Part shown: positions 1 through 7,995 of the stretch, piece after piece | Layout: each line of letters opens with the position of its first letter | Numbering within the stretch: the stretch's first letter is position 1 | Virus record (IMG/VR): IMGVR_UViG_3300030618_000013 | Length of the DNA stretch: 20,000 nucleotides | Direction: 5' to 3' (one strand) | DNA from: an uncultured virus (IMG/VR IMGVR_UViG_3300030618_000013) | Taxonomy: Duplodnaviria; Heunggongvirae; Uroviricota; Caudoviricetes | Made by a program: the position numbers and the translations under genes | Notes under the pieces: model-generated | Database searches by the model: none | Told to the model about the DNA's origin: nothing | The model's input: the letters and a program-made list of their open reading frames with translations, nothing else

Positions 1-1
1 T

Positions 2-103
2 CTCGGTTGTCAATGGCCAACTTACGGGGATGATGTAAGCCCAAATGTTTTCCGCCAAGCTATGCATGCCCGTATGCGAGCAATGAAGTTCATCAATAAC
101 TAG
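2..103 (+). CDS. 3' end of a hypothetical protein running in from the left edge
   Basis: Frame is open from position 2 (LGCQWPTYGDDVSPNVFRQAMHARMRAMKFINN) to TAG at 101-103, six nt before the next ATG. Confidence 0.55.
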   Translation, partial: LGCQWPTYGDDVSPNVFRQAMHARMRAMKFINN

Positions 104-109
104 ACAGCT

Positions 110-559
110 ATGATTTCACACACTTCCGAAGTCGTGCAACTATTGAGTAACGAACAGCACGTGATGATACTAGATGGATCCGGAGTTCCGGCTATTGTCC
201 ATCACTATAGTCTGCCGTATCCGGTAATCAAGCACCTTAACTACATCAAGGTAGTAGAAACAGAACGTGTGTTGAAGGTGCCTAAGCACCAACAAGATTT
301 TAGGTTTCCCTCATCCGCACCCGAGGCCCAGCCTATTTATGCTCACACCAAATTAGGATTTGACACTTATGGCGATCAAGCCTTAGTATGGAACATCGGG
401 TTGAAGGCTTCTAACGGATTTTCCATTCCAAGCACGGCTGTCATTGACTCCTGTTATGTGCTGATTGATGAATCTTTAGTAAAACAGCGGGCACCTATGG
501 AGACCTTCGGTCGCGAAGCCTACTTGCGACATAGATATAACAACCATATCCTGGTCTGA
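110..559 (+). CDS. hypothetical phage protein (149 aa)
   Basis: ORF in a tightly packed + strand run; no recognisable motif. Confidence 0.7.
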   Translation: MISHTSEVVQLLSNEQHVMILDGSGVPAIVHHYSLPYPVIKHLNYIKVVETERVLKVPKHQQDFRFPSSAPEAQPIYAHTKLGFDTYGDQALVWNIGLKASNGFSIPSTAVIDSCYVLIDESLVKQRAPMETFGREAYLRHRYNNHILV

Positions 560-587
560 GCATAGCCTCAACGTTACGGAGAATTTT

Positions 588-779
588 ATGGACAAACCAA
601 GTTGGACTAATGCCCCGAATTGGGCTGAATGGCTATTCCAGTACGACCAGGATAGCTGGTACTGGAGCGAGTATGAGCCCATCAGGAACGGTAACTCTTG
701 GGAGTCTCTACCCGGCCGCGCCGAGTACGCGGGACCGGGAGCCTTAAAAGTTAAGGAGCAAAGACCTCCTAACTCGTAG
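588..779 (+). CDS. small Trp-rich hypothetical phage protein
   Basis: GGAG RBS at 578-581; W-x-x-A-P-x-W-A-x-W...W-Y-W-x-E-x-E-P pattern typical of a widespread small phage protein family. Confidence 0.75.
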   Translation: MDKPSWTNAPNWAEWLFQYDQDSWYWSEYEPIRNGNSWESLPGRAEYAGPGALKVKEQRPPNS

Positions 780-839
780 GTAAACCTTTAGCTGAGTTCT
801 ATCGGGTTTAGTTCAAAATTAGAAATAGAGAAAACAACC

Positions 840-1091
840 ATGGCAAAAATACTTGCAATAACGCCGAGTTCGGGACTCAGAATCGAGGCCATCAAATTCG
901 AAGATGGATCCAAGCGTATTTCAATCCGCCAAATCTACAAGACTAAGAAAGAACCGGATGACTGGAAAATAGGTCGTAACGGTATTACCATTCCTTTTGA
1001 GAAAGCTGGACGGGTATCTGCAGCAATCAAGAATTTAGTTGACGATCCGGATCTGAATTTCAAACTGATTGAAGGTAAGGACAAAGACTGA
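840..1091 (+). CDS. PC4/Sub1 (p15)-like ssDNA-binding protein
   Basis: 83 aa; ISIRQIYK...DDWKIGRNGITIP matches the PC4-family pattern (IRxxY...W.PGKKGI.L) followed by a C-terminal helix. Confidence 0.7.
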   Translation: MAKILAITPSSGLRIEAIKFEDGSKRISIRQIYKTKKEPDDWKIGRNGITIPFEKAGRVSAAIKNLVDDPDLNFKLIEGKDKD

Positions 1092-1093
1092 TC

Positions 1094-1435
1094 ATGTTAT
1101 CAATTCAGTACACCGATGTTCATCTCATAAAGACTACTGAAAATGGAGTCAACTCGTTTTCTTTAGTTTATGTGTACTCTAATCCGTCAGAGACCAACTA
1201 TTCAGAAATCGAGGTCCTGCGTTTTTCTAATTTGTGTCCCGAGAATTATGACTACTCTTTGGACATAACTGGTGTGGTGACTTCCGGCTTCTACACCGGA
1301 GACACAGTTAAAGCTTATGGTATTGCTTGGGACTGGTCGAAAGCGTGGATCGACGTAAAAACAGCAATTATTGAAGACTGTTATAACGGGTGGGGAAGAA
1401 ACCCCAGCGTAATAATGACTAAGGAATGGTCATGA
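1094..1435 (+). CDS. hypothetical protein (113 aa)
   Basis: ORF abuts its neighbours; its TGA overlaps the next ATG (ATGA). Confidence 0.65.
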   Translation: MLSIQYTDVHLIKTTENGVNSFSLVYVYSNPSETNYSEIEVLRFSNLCPENYDYSLDITGVVTSGFYTGDTVKAYGIAWDWSKAWIDVKTAIIEDCYNGWGRNPSVIMTKEWS

Positions 1436-1704
1436 CCAATCAAGAACTTGCAGCCTACGTGTTTGACACCGTGGCTGGCATAGCATTCGGTGTTTCCGCA
1501 GCCACACTGGATTCTACATTCAAGAGTTTGGGTTTGGATGCTCTCCATATTCTGGACCTAGCTCTTACCGTAGAGCGCGAACTTCAAGTCCCGATTGACG
1601 AAAAATTGTTTACTCCGGAATCAAGGGTCAAAGATTTAGTATCCGAGGTGAACAAGCAACTGGTAAACTTACGTATCAGAGATTTGAATCTAAATATTGT
1701 TTAA
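1432..1704 (+). CDS. acyl carrier protein-like protein lacking the phosphopantetheine-attachment Ser (GLDAL)
   Basis: AAGGA RBS at 1421-1425 favours ATG 1432; ACP pattern (DSTFKSLGLDALHILDLALTVERELQVPID...VKDLV), but codon 1540-1542 is GCT (Ala) at the DSL Ser position. Confidence 0.75.
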   Translation: MTNQELAAYVFDTVAGIAFGVSAATLDSTFKSLGLDALHILDLALTVERELQVPIDEKLFTPESRVKDLVSEVNKQLVNLRIRDLNLNIV

Positions 1705-1716
1705 AGGATATTTGAC

Positions 1717-2160
1717 ATGAAAGATTATCGCGATACTGAGGACATTGACTGGGATTTGTTTCGAGATGCTTATGCCCTAATCAAGACTACATCTGACGAG
1801 GATATCGACCTAGAGAAATGGTGTCAGCCCCACATGGTTGACCCGTGTCGCACCTTGGCCTGTGCCGCTGGTACACTTGCAGTTAATCCCTTGTTTAATG
1901 ATCGTGGACTTAAACGACATGTTCGGGGGAAACCTTATTGCATAGTTAATGGTGAGTATTTATCCGGTTTTGAAGCACTAGCCTGCGTTTTCAAAATAAG
2001 TCTAGTAGAGACTACTATTTTGTTTGGTATTCGCGGGATTGCGGGGGAACGAACCGCGATTAAGATTGCCGACAACGACCAACCAAATCATTTGTCAGAT
2101 CGTCAAGTCTGGCTCAACCGCGTAGAGCATTTCTTTGCCAGACATGGACAAATACTATGA
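1717..2160 (+). CDS. hypothetical phage protein with CxTxACxAG motif
   Basis: AAGGA RBS; W...CRTLACAAG motif seen in uncharacterised phage proteins. Confidence 0.75.
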   Translation: MKDYRDTEDIDWDLFRDAYALIKTTSDEDIDLEKWCQPHMVDPCRTLACAAGTLAVNPLFNDRGLKRHVRGKPYCIVNGEYLSGFEALACVFKISLVETTILFGIRGIAGERTAIKIADNDQPNHLSDRQVWLNRVEHFFARHGQIL

Positions 2161-2474
2161 TATCCCCGACTATAACCGGAGCAGGACTAGCTCAACTTTC
2201 AGCCGAATCTGAGTTGAAATCCAAAATGCAAATATCGTTCGATAGCTTGAGCGTCCAGTATCGTCAGTCTGAAGTTAATGACGAGCCGGTTGTTAACCTT
2301 GTATTTTTGAAAGACGGGAAATCTGTAGCCGAAGTTAAGCATTTGAAAATTCAACAACTACAGACCATAACATTCAGTGGACTTACAGGGACGATTCCAA
2401 TCCAGATAGGAGGTTTCACCGGCCAGGACCTAGCCGATATGAAGACTGCAGCAACCTGGGTATCGACAGCCTAA
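2157..2474 (+). CDS. hypothetical protein (105 aa)
   Basis: ATGA overlap with the upstream gene; its 3' end contains the ACP-like repeat. Confidence 0.65.
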   Translation: MISPTITGAGLAQLSAESELKSKMQISFDSLSVQYRQSEVNDEPVVNLVFLKDGKSVAEVKHLKIQQLQTITFSGLTGTIPIQIGGFTGQDLADMKTAATWVSTA

Positions 2475-2651
2475 GTGCGAAACTGATTGATGCATAGGAC
2501 ACCTAGTAAATAAAGTCAACTAAAGGATAAACAAATGGAAACTAGTATTCAGGATCGGGTCATCAACATCGTAGCTGAACAGCTAGGACTAGCTATCTAT
2601 GAAGTTCTTCCAACCTCAAACTTCGTCAATGACTTGGGTATCGACAGCCTA
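2457..2651 (+). repeat. 17-bp exact direct repeat TGGGTATCGACAGCCTA (2457-2473 and 2635-2651)
   Basis: Read directly; the second copy encodes the ACP (L)GIDSL motif. Confidence 0.9.
2503..2512 (+). promoter_or_regulatory. candidate phage promoter element CTAGTAAATA (also at 6632-6641)
   Basis: Identical 10-mer 22 and 27 nt upstream of the acpP and dCMP deaminase starts, each followed by CAACTAAA; resembles T4-type TATAAATA. Confidence 0.35.
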
Positions 2652-2777
2652 GACGAGCTCGAACTTTTGATAGCTATTGAGGATGAATTCGAACTAGAGG
2701 TCAATAACGAGGAGGCAGAAAAGTTCAGTAATGTTCAAGAGGTTATCGACTACGTAACTGCGAATATTCAATCTTAG
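2535..2777 (+). CDS. acpP: acyl carrier protein
   Basis: AAGGA RBS; 80 aa and acidic; IQDRVINIVAEQLG...DLGIDSLDELELLIAIEDEF...AEKFSNVQEVIDYV with Ser codon at 2646-2648. Confidence 0.93.
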   Translation: METSIQDRVINIVAEQLGLAIYEVLPTSNFVNDLGIDSLDELELLIAIEDEFELEVNNEEAEKFSNVQEVIDYVTANIQS

Positions 2778-2839
2778 TCTTATAACCAGCAGCAAGAAAG
2801 TTAGAGTACCAATCACCCTTCCCAACAAGAGAAACAAAG

Positions 2840-3736
2840 ATGACAAACATTAATAGCATGGATCTGAAAACCTATCACCACGTCGTTGGCTCGTCGGCCA
2901 ATGAATTCCAGGCCACCGGTCTGTCTTTCGGCCAGTATTTCCCCTGGTGCATTGTCCGCATGAACACAATGTACACGCTGCCAATCAACGAAAGCCCGAC
3001 GATCAAGGACGAATACCTGAACGAGCCCCCGGAAGCCAGACTTCAAAAGTTTCTTGGTGTACTTAGCGATGAGATCAGCGAGGGTCATGAAATTCTAGCC
3101 CTGATGCAGGCCCGTCGTGCATCACATGAAAATGTGGACATCACCGAGCAAGACGTAACTAATTTGGCGACCAGCAACGGCGTGTCGGCGAAACGTGCTA
3201 AGGCCACGGCAGAGACATTCATGAAAGCCTACCTGCATGACAAGAGCACAGGCTTCCAATTCAATGACGATGGCACCACAGAAGTCGAGCGCCAGATACT
3301 TGTAGCCTTGGGCGATTGGCTCGGTGACATGGTAGTCTACATCCGCAGCGAAAGTCTGAAGTATGGTATTCCTTTGGAGTCTATGCTGGCCTGTATTATG
3401 GGTTCGAACTTTACCAAGCTCGACGAGAACGGGTTGCCTATCAAGAACGAGGCAACAGGCAAAGTCGAGAAAGGTCCGAATTTCATGCCACCCGAACAGC
3501 ATATTTATGCCACCTTGTTCGGTACCCAAGAACTGATTACTGAATACGAAGGTGTGTCACAGTTGGTTAATGATTTCTCTGTTATCGGTGAAGAATTGCT
3601 GTGTAACCCGATGACCGACATTCTTCATGCCGAAGGACTAGATACTGACGAAGATGAAGATGACGAAGCTGCGGATGAAGACTATGACGAAGAAGAGGAA
3701 CTTAAGGTTTGGTCGAAAACGTTGATAAATGAATAA
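2840..3736 (+). CDS. MazG-like / PRA-PH (DR2231-type) all-alpha NTP pyrophosphohydrolase with acidic tail
   Basis: DEISEGHE acidic helix, DWLGDMVVY, IMGSNFTKL..NGLPI...GKVEKGPNFMPP; C-terminal D/E tract. Confidence 0.8.
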   Translation: MTNINSMDLKTYHHVVGSSANEFQATGLSFGQYFPWCIVRMNTMYTLPINESPTIKDEYLNEPPEARLQKFLGVLSDEISEGHEILALMQARRASHENVDITEQDVTNLATSNGVSAKRAKATAETFMKAYLHDKSTGFQFNDDGTTEVERQILVALGDWLGDMVVYIRSESLKYGIPLESMLACIMGSNFTKLDENGLPIKNEATGKVEKGPNFMPPEQHIYATLFGTQELITEYEGVSQLVNDFSVIGEELLCNPMTDILHAEGLDTDEDEDDEAADEDYDEEEELKVWSKTLINE

Positions 3737-3760
3737 CTCTTAATTATTGTGTGGTAAAGG

Positions 3761-3796
3761 AGGGTGGAACTAAAAATTCCACCCTTTTTCTTTTTT
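3761..3796 (+). terminator. Rho-independent terminator
   Basis: AGGGTGGAA-CTAAAAA-TTCCACCCT 9-bp stem followed by TTTTCTTTTTT. Confidence 0.9.
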
Positions 3797-3850
3797 ATCT
3801 CGGGTTCGCAATTTTAGAATAACTAGTTTGGTTGCGCGCTCCCCTGTATT

Positions 3851-4105
3851 TTGGAAGCTAAATACAACAAGTATAAGCCTAGGCTTGACCTAATTTCCTG
3901 GTTAGAACTCAGGAACCTGAGCTGGATCGAGTGCGGACCTGCGGAGAATAGTGGTTATGTTGACTACATGGGTTGCATCTACATTGATGTTCCTTTTGAT
4001 ATCGATAATTCAGATTACACCTTGTTAGCTGAGCGTCTAGAAAATAAAGATGGTACGCCGAAAAATCGCAACGTTCGTTTTCTATATTGTGCGTATAAAG
4101 ATTAA
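3851..4105 (+). CDS. hypothetical protein, possibly 5'-truncated
   Basis: Protein-like sequence (WL...W..CG...Y.G.IYIDVPFD...LENKDG), but a TTG start with no clear RBS and an in-frame TAG at 3824-3826. Confidence 0.55.
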   Translation: MEAKYNKYKPRLDLISWLELRNLSWIECGPAENSGYVDYMGCIYIDVPFDIDNSDYTLLAERLENKDGTPKNRNVRFLYCAYKD

Positions 4106-4140
4106 TCAGCGATTTTACTAAGTTGATTGGAGTCTCAACA

Positions 4141-4578
4141 ATGCCCAATAACATAATTAAACATGACGTAAAACAAGGCAAAGGTAGCAAGAAAAGTCTT
4201 GAACATAAATGGAAGGACGCTGAGGATAAGGCCAAGAAAAGCAGCGGCAAGAAAGAGCCCTATGCTTTGACTAATTATATTTATCACAAAATGACAGGTA
4301 GCACTAAAGTTGAAGCAGCCTTACGCCTAGTCGCGGTCTCCAAGATGGAAGCAGATGCTTTCGAGGGTTGGGTAAATACACTGCAGTATGCGTATGAACG
4401 TCCGGACAACGAGGACTTCGTGATCGTTGACGCGCCGTTAAAAGACGTTGAGGCCAAGCTTTATGCAAACGACTGGGCAAAGGCTAGGTCCGCCGAGGTC
4501 AATCATTTCAGTAAAGGTGAGCACGAAGTAGAATTAGAGGACATAGGAAATAAAACAAAAATTATCAGCGTTGCGTGA
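4141..4578 (+). CDS. hypothetical phage protein; basic N-terminal domain, internal AAxRL motif
   Basis: GGAG RBS at 4129-4132 favours ATG 4141; Lys-rich MP...E.KW..A...Y..I..KM domain, then VEAALRLVA, then a second domain. Confidence 0.8.
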   Translation: MPNNIIKHDVKQGKGSKKSLEHKWKDAEDKAKKSSGKKEPYALTNYIYHKMTGSTKVEAALRLVAVSKMEADAFEGWVNTLQYAYERPDNEDFVIVDAPLKDVEAKLYANDWAKARSAEVNHFSKGEHEVELEDIGNKTKIISVA

Positions 4579-4609
4579 GCTGAAAGTGAAAGTGCTTAAA
4601 AGGATTGAT

Positions 4610-6058
4610 ATGAAGGTTCAAATACACGCTGCACAACGACTGCTGGAGGATCAACACGAAAAACTAGCAACTCACAGAGGACATATCCTGGTCCTAGGCT
4701 TCGGTGGTGTTGGTCAATCGATTCTCCCCGTAATTCTACGTCACCTCGATGTAAGTCCTAGCGCGGTAGTCGTTCTGGATAAAGAGGTACGCCCTGAATT
4801 TGCTAAATACGAAGATTTGGGTGTAACTTACGTTCATCGTGAAATCGTCAAATCTAATTTGGTGCCAACACTAAATGAATTATTGAGTCCCGGTGACTTA
4901 CTGATTAACGTAAGCTTGAACATAGACGGACTAGAAATCGTTGAGTGGTGCCTACAAAATAATGTGCTCTACATTGACACGTCTATCGAACGTTGGGCTA
5001 CTGAACCCGACGAAATCATTCCGGAACTGGGTGAACGCACGCTCTACACAACGCATCAAGAAATGCGAAGAATGGCCTCGGCCTATCCTGGGGCCTCTAC
5101 CTGTGTGGTGACGCATGGAGCTAATCCAGGTCTAGTTTCGCATTTTGTTAAAGCGGCGTTGCTCAAACTCGCAAAAGATACAGGTCTGAAAACAGGGACC
5201 CCTGAGTCCCAAGAGCAATGGGGAATGCTAGCTGAAGCCCTGAATGTGAAAATAATTCAAACGGCTGAGCGCGATACACAAATTCTGAAAGAACCCAAGC
5301 GTGTTAATGAATTCGTCAACACCTGGAGCTGTGAAGGGTTCTGGGCTGAGGGTCGAGCACCAGCAGAAATGGGGTGGGGCACGCACGAAAAAGAGATTCC
5401 TGCTGACGGTAAAGAACTCGCTGGTGGCTCTGTGCTCTATCTAGAGCAACCGGGTGTGGAGACCACGGTTAAGTCGTGGGTACCTTTGGGCGGTACATTC
5501 AACGGCTATTTGATTCAGCACTCGGAAGCCATCACTATCAGCGAATACTTTAGTACAGAGAATTATCGACCGACCTGTTACTATGCGTATCAACCGTGTG
5601 ATGCTGCAATTGCGTCTGTCCATGAAATGAAGGGACAAGAATTGTGGATGCACAGAAAGACCCGAATTGCTAAAAATAGTATTCAGAGCGGAATCGATGA
5701 ACTAGGGGTCTTGCTTCTAGGTCATGAACGGAATGCCCTGTGGTACGGATCGCAACTTTCTATCGAAGAATCACGGGAACTGGTAGAAGGGCAAAACGCA
5801 ACAACATTGCAGGTAGTGGGTTCAATGTTAGGTGCTATTGTTTGGATGCTGGACAATCCTAATCAAGGTTATTGCGAACCAGAGGACCTACCATTTGAAT
5901 TCGTGTTAAACATCGCTTCGCCCTTCCTTGGGCCTATTGCTGCGGTCTACAGCGATTGGACGCCCCTAGCCCATGCAAATCGTGAACTGTATGACGACGA
6001 GCACGACGACTCAGATGTGTGGGCCTTTTCTAATTTTCGAACTGACAGTGGACTATAA
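4610..6058 (+). CDS. hss: homospermidine synthase
   Basis: AAGGA RBS before ATG 4610; Rossmann LGFGGVG; HGANPGLVSHFVK, NTWSCEGF.AEG..PAEMGWG, HSEA and NATTLQV signatures. Confidence 0.93.
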   Translation: MKVQIHAAQRLLEDQHEKLATHRGHILVLGFGGVGQSILPVILRHLDVSPSAVVVLDKEVRPEFAKYEDLGVTYVHREIVKSNLVPTLNELLSPGDLLINVSLNIDGLEIVEWCLQNNVLYIDTSIERWATEPDEIIPELGERTLYTTHQEMRRMASAYPGASTCVVTHGANPGLVSHFVKAALLKLAKDTGLKTGTPESQEQWGMLAEALNVKIIQTAERDTQILKEPKRVNEFVNTWSCEGFWAEGRAPAEMGWGTHEKEIPADGKELAGGSVLYLEQPGVETTVKSWVPLGGTFNGYLIQHSEAITISEYFSTENYRPTCYYAYQPCDAAIASVHEMKGQELWMHRKTRIAKNSIQSGIDELGVLLLGHERNALWYGSQLSIEESRELVEGQNATTLQVVGSMLGAIVWMLDNPNQGYCEPEDLPFEFVLNIASPFLGPIAAVYSDWTPLAHANRELYDDEHDDSDVWAFSNFRTDSGL

Positions 6059-6059
6059 A

Positions 6060-6635
6060 ATGATAAAAGCAGCGTCACGACTTATTGCTATAGAGGCGTC
6101 TAAGGATAAAGAGAATTGGGGACCCGGCATCAGAGGATATCACCAAGCAGTCGGAGCCTTAGTACTGGCCCTAGACACCGGTAACTTTAGTTTCCAGCTA
6201 CGTGGTCCTCATTCTGATACACCGAATTGCTACGGAACGTGGGGTGGCTCCGTTGACGGCGCAGAAGACTTGGTCAATGCCCTACGCCGGGAACTCAGAG
6301 AAGAGACCGGCTATAACGGTGAGTGGTCTGTAATGCCGCTCAAGGTATCCAGAAATGGAAAAGGCTTTGAGTACCACACTTATTTTGTTACTGTCCCCAA
6401 GCAGTTCGTAGTCAACCCAGAATCAGAATTCAGGTCAGAATCGACGGCTGCTATTTGGACAGCTTTCAATCAATGGCCTCAGCCAATGCATCCAGGACTT
6501 AAAGCGGTACTGGATGATCCACATGTGCAATTCGTGTTGGAGCAAGCCTTGAAACGTAGAGCACAGAATTTAAGCACGGGTGTCAAAGTCAATGCAGCAT
6601 CCAGATTGGTTAACTCCGAACTTTCGATCCGCTAG
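6060..6635 (+). CDS. Nudix hydrolase with AAxRL motifs at both termini
   Basis: Nudix box GGSVDGAEDLVNALRRELREETG; ATG 6060 lies 1 nt after the hss stop. Confidence 0.9.
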   Translation: MIKAASRLIAIEASKDKENWGPGIRGYHQAVGALVLALDTGNFSFQLRGPHSDTPNCYGTWGGSVDGAEDLVNALRRELREETGYNGEWSVMPLKVSRNGKGFEYHTYFVTVPKQFVVNPESEFRSESTAAIWTAFNQWPQPMHPGLKAVLDDPHVQFVLEQALKRRAQNLSTGVKVNAASRLVNSELSIR

Positions 6636-6668
6636 TAAATAGGGTTCATACAACAACTAAATACAATA

Positions 6669-7130
6669 ATGACTCAGCCTCTAGACGATGACAAAATGTA
6701 CATGGACTTTGCTAAACGTGCAGCCGAACGAAGTCATGCTCAACGACTTCAAGTAGGCTGCGTAATTGTGAAGGATGACTCTGTGGTGTCCTATGGTTGG
6801 AACGGCATGCCCCAGGGTTACGACAATACATGTGAACATTCGGTACTGTCAGGATCCGATGTAGGTAACAGCTATGTAATGCATTTCGGTTTGAAGACCA
6901 ACGATGAGGTCAGTCACGCTGAAATGAATGCTTGTGCAAAGTTAGCAGCATCTACGGTAAGCGCTGTTGGTGCCACGCTTTATTGTACGCACGCACCCTG
7001 TATTGAGTGCGCGAAACTAATTCAAAGAACAGGTATTGCCGAGGTTGTCTTTGCCGATTACTATAGAGACAACAAAGGTTTGGCGTTGCTCAACAAACGT
7101 GGTATTAGAACTAGCCTTTTGATGTACTAA
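6669..7130 (+). CDS. dCMP deaminase (ComEB/T4 cd family)
   Basis: VGCVIV, GWNG, HAEMNA and PCIEC zinc-binding motifs. Confidence 0.93.
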   Translation: MTQPLDDDKMYMDFAKRAAERSHAQRLQVGCVIVKDDSVVSYGWNGMPQGYDNTCEHSVLSGSDVGNSYVMHFGLKTNDEVSHAEMNACAKLAASTVSAVGATLYCTHAPCIECAKLIQRTGIAEVVFADYYRDNKGLALLNKRGIRTSLLMY

Positions 7131-7481
7131 ATGAAAAACATGAATTCCAATCCAAATCCCCAGGGCAATACCGATCATGTGTTCCACAAGAATCGTGTGT
7201 TCACAACCAATGACGCATGGCTAGCTATCAAAGAAAGTGTTGGGGTCTACGAGCTACCTAAAGGTTGGGAACGTATTTACGCTGGACGTAGCCTAACTAT
7301 TGTTAATCCCAAACGATCCTTCATTTTCAAGGTAACGGTCAACCAAGAGCTGTATGTTGACCGGAAAATAAATGGTGTGTTCCATAGCGAGCACCATCTA
7401 TGCAAGTCGAATAAAGAACTGACTGACCTAGCAGTCCAAATACTGGATATGGCTGTTCCGAAAGTTCAGAATTTGCAGTAA
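7131..7481 (+). CDS. hypothetical protein (116 aa)
   Basis: ORF directly abuts the deaminase stop. Confidence 0.7.
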   Translation: MKNMNSNPNPQGNTDHVFHKNRVFTTNDAWLAIKESVGVYELPKGWERIYAGRSLTIVNPKRSFIFKVTVNQELYVDRKINGVFHSEHHLCKSNKELTDLAVQILDMAVPKVQNLQ

Positions 7482-7484
7482 CCA

Positions 7485-7568
7485 TTTTGTGTCTAGGTTG
7501 ACACAAAAACCTGGACCCTTAGGTCGATTCTGAGCTAGGGACCAGTCTTTAACCTTGGCAGAGATGCC
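7485..7568 (+). other. structured intergenic region with three consecutive hairpins
   Basis: TTTTGTGTC/GACACAAAA perfect 9-bp inverted repeat; interrupted stem 7511-7545; GGCA-GAGA-TGCC GNRA hairpin. Confidence 0.55.
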
Positions 7569-7590
7569 TAATTACTAGGAATAGACAATA

Positions 7591-7851
7591 ATGCTTACAT
7601 TGAAACTTATGACAGGTGCGGCTATGGCTGACTCAGATGCCGCACACGATTTTATGTTGATTCAAATTAATGACGATGAGGAGCTTTCTTTCGAGAGACG
7701 TCCGCGTATAGGTGACGATAATAATTCAAGCCCTGTCTTTGCTGTTATCAAAAAGTATGGTGATGACACAGGTAAGGAATACTGGCTGCAAGGAAATGCC
7801 TACGTATTGAATGCGCAAGGTAAAACAATTGCCAGTCGTGCATCATACTAA
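7591..7851 (+). CDS. hypothetical protein (86 aa)
   Basis: AGGA RBS; C-terminal AYVLNAQGKTI pattern seen in small phage proteins. Confidence 0.75.
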   Translation: MLTLKLMTGAAMADSDAAHDFMLIQINDDEELSFERRPRIGDDNNSSPVFAVIKKYGDDTGKEYWLQGNAYVLNAQGKTIASRASY

Positions 7852-7880
7852 GCTCAGTTTTCAATTAAAGTTTTAGCATA

Positions 7881-7920
7881 AAAGGCGCAAATTCTTCATC
7901 GGGTTTGCGCCTTTATTATT
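7881..7920 (+). terminator. Rho-independent terminator, possibly bidirectional
   Basis: AAAGGCGCAAA (7881-7891) / TTTGCGCCTTT (7904-7914) stem with A-rich left and T-rich right flanks. Confidence 0.85.
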
Positions 7921-7929
7921 AAACCCTCA

Positions 7930-7942
7930 AATTTAATAGTAA
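7930..7942 (+). promoter_or_regulatory. candidate late-promoter element AATTTAATAGTAA (identical copy at 13188-13200)
   Basis: Identical 13-mer in two intergenic regions; the first lies just after a terminator, where a new promoter is needed. Confidence 0.45.
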
Positions 7943-7995
7943 CTGGGAGTGAGAGCCAAATCCCACACCAACTAAAGTTTGAGTGAGGTGATAAA

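Noticed and set aside
790..813. Possible hairpin AGCTGAGTTC/GGGTTTAGTT
   Set aside because: Half the pairs are G-U and there is no U-tail; too weak
4571..6059. Longer starts for hss (4571) and Nudix (5973); likewise 1426, 4123, 9273, 14049 and 15333
   Set aside because: Downstream ATGs have better RBS spacing and/or avoid overlaps
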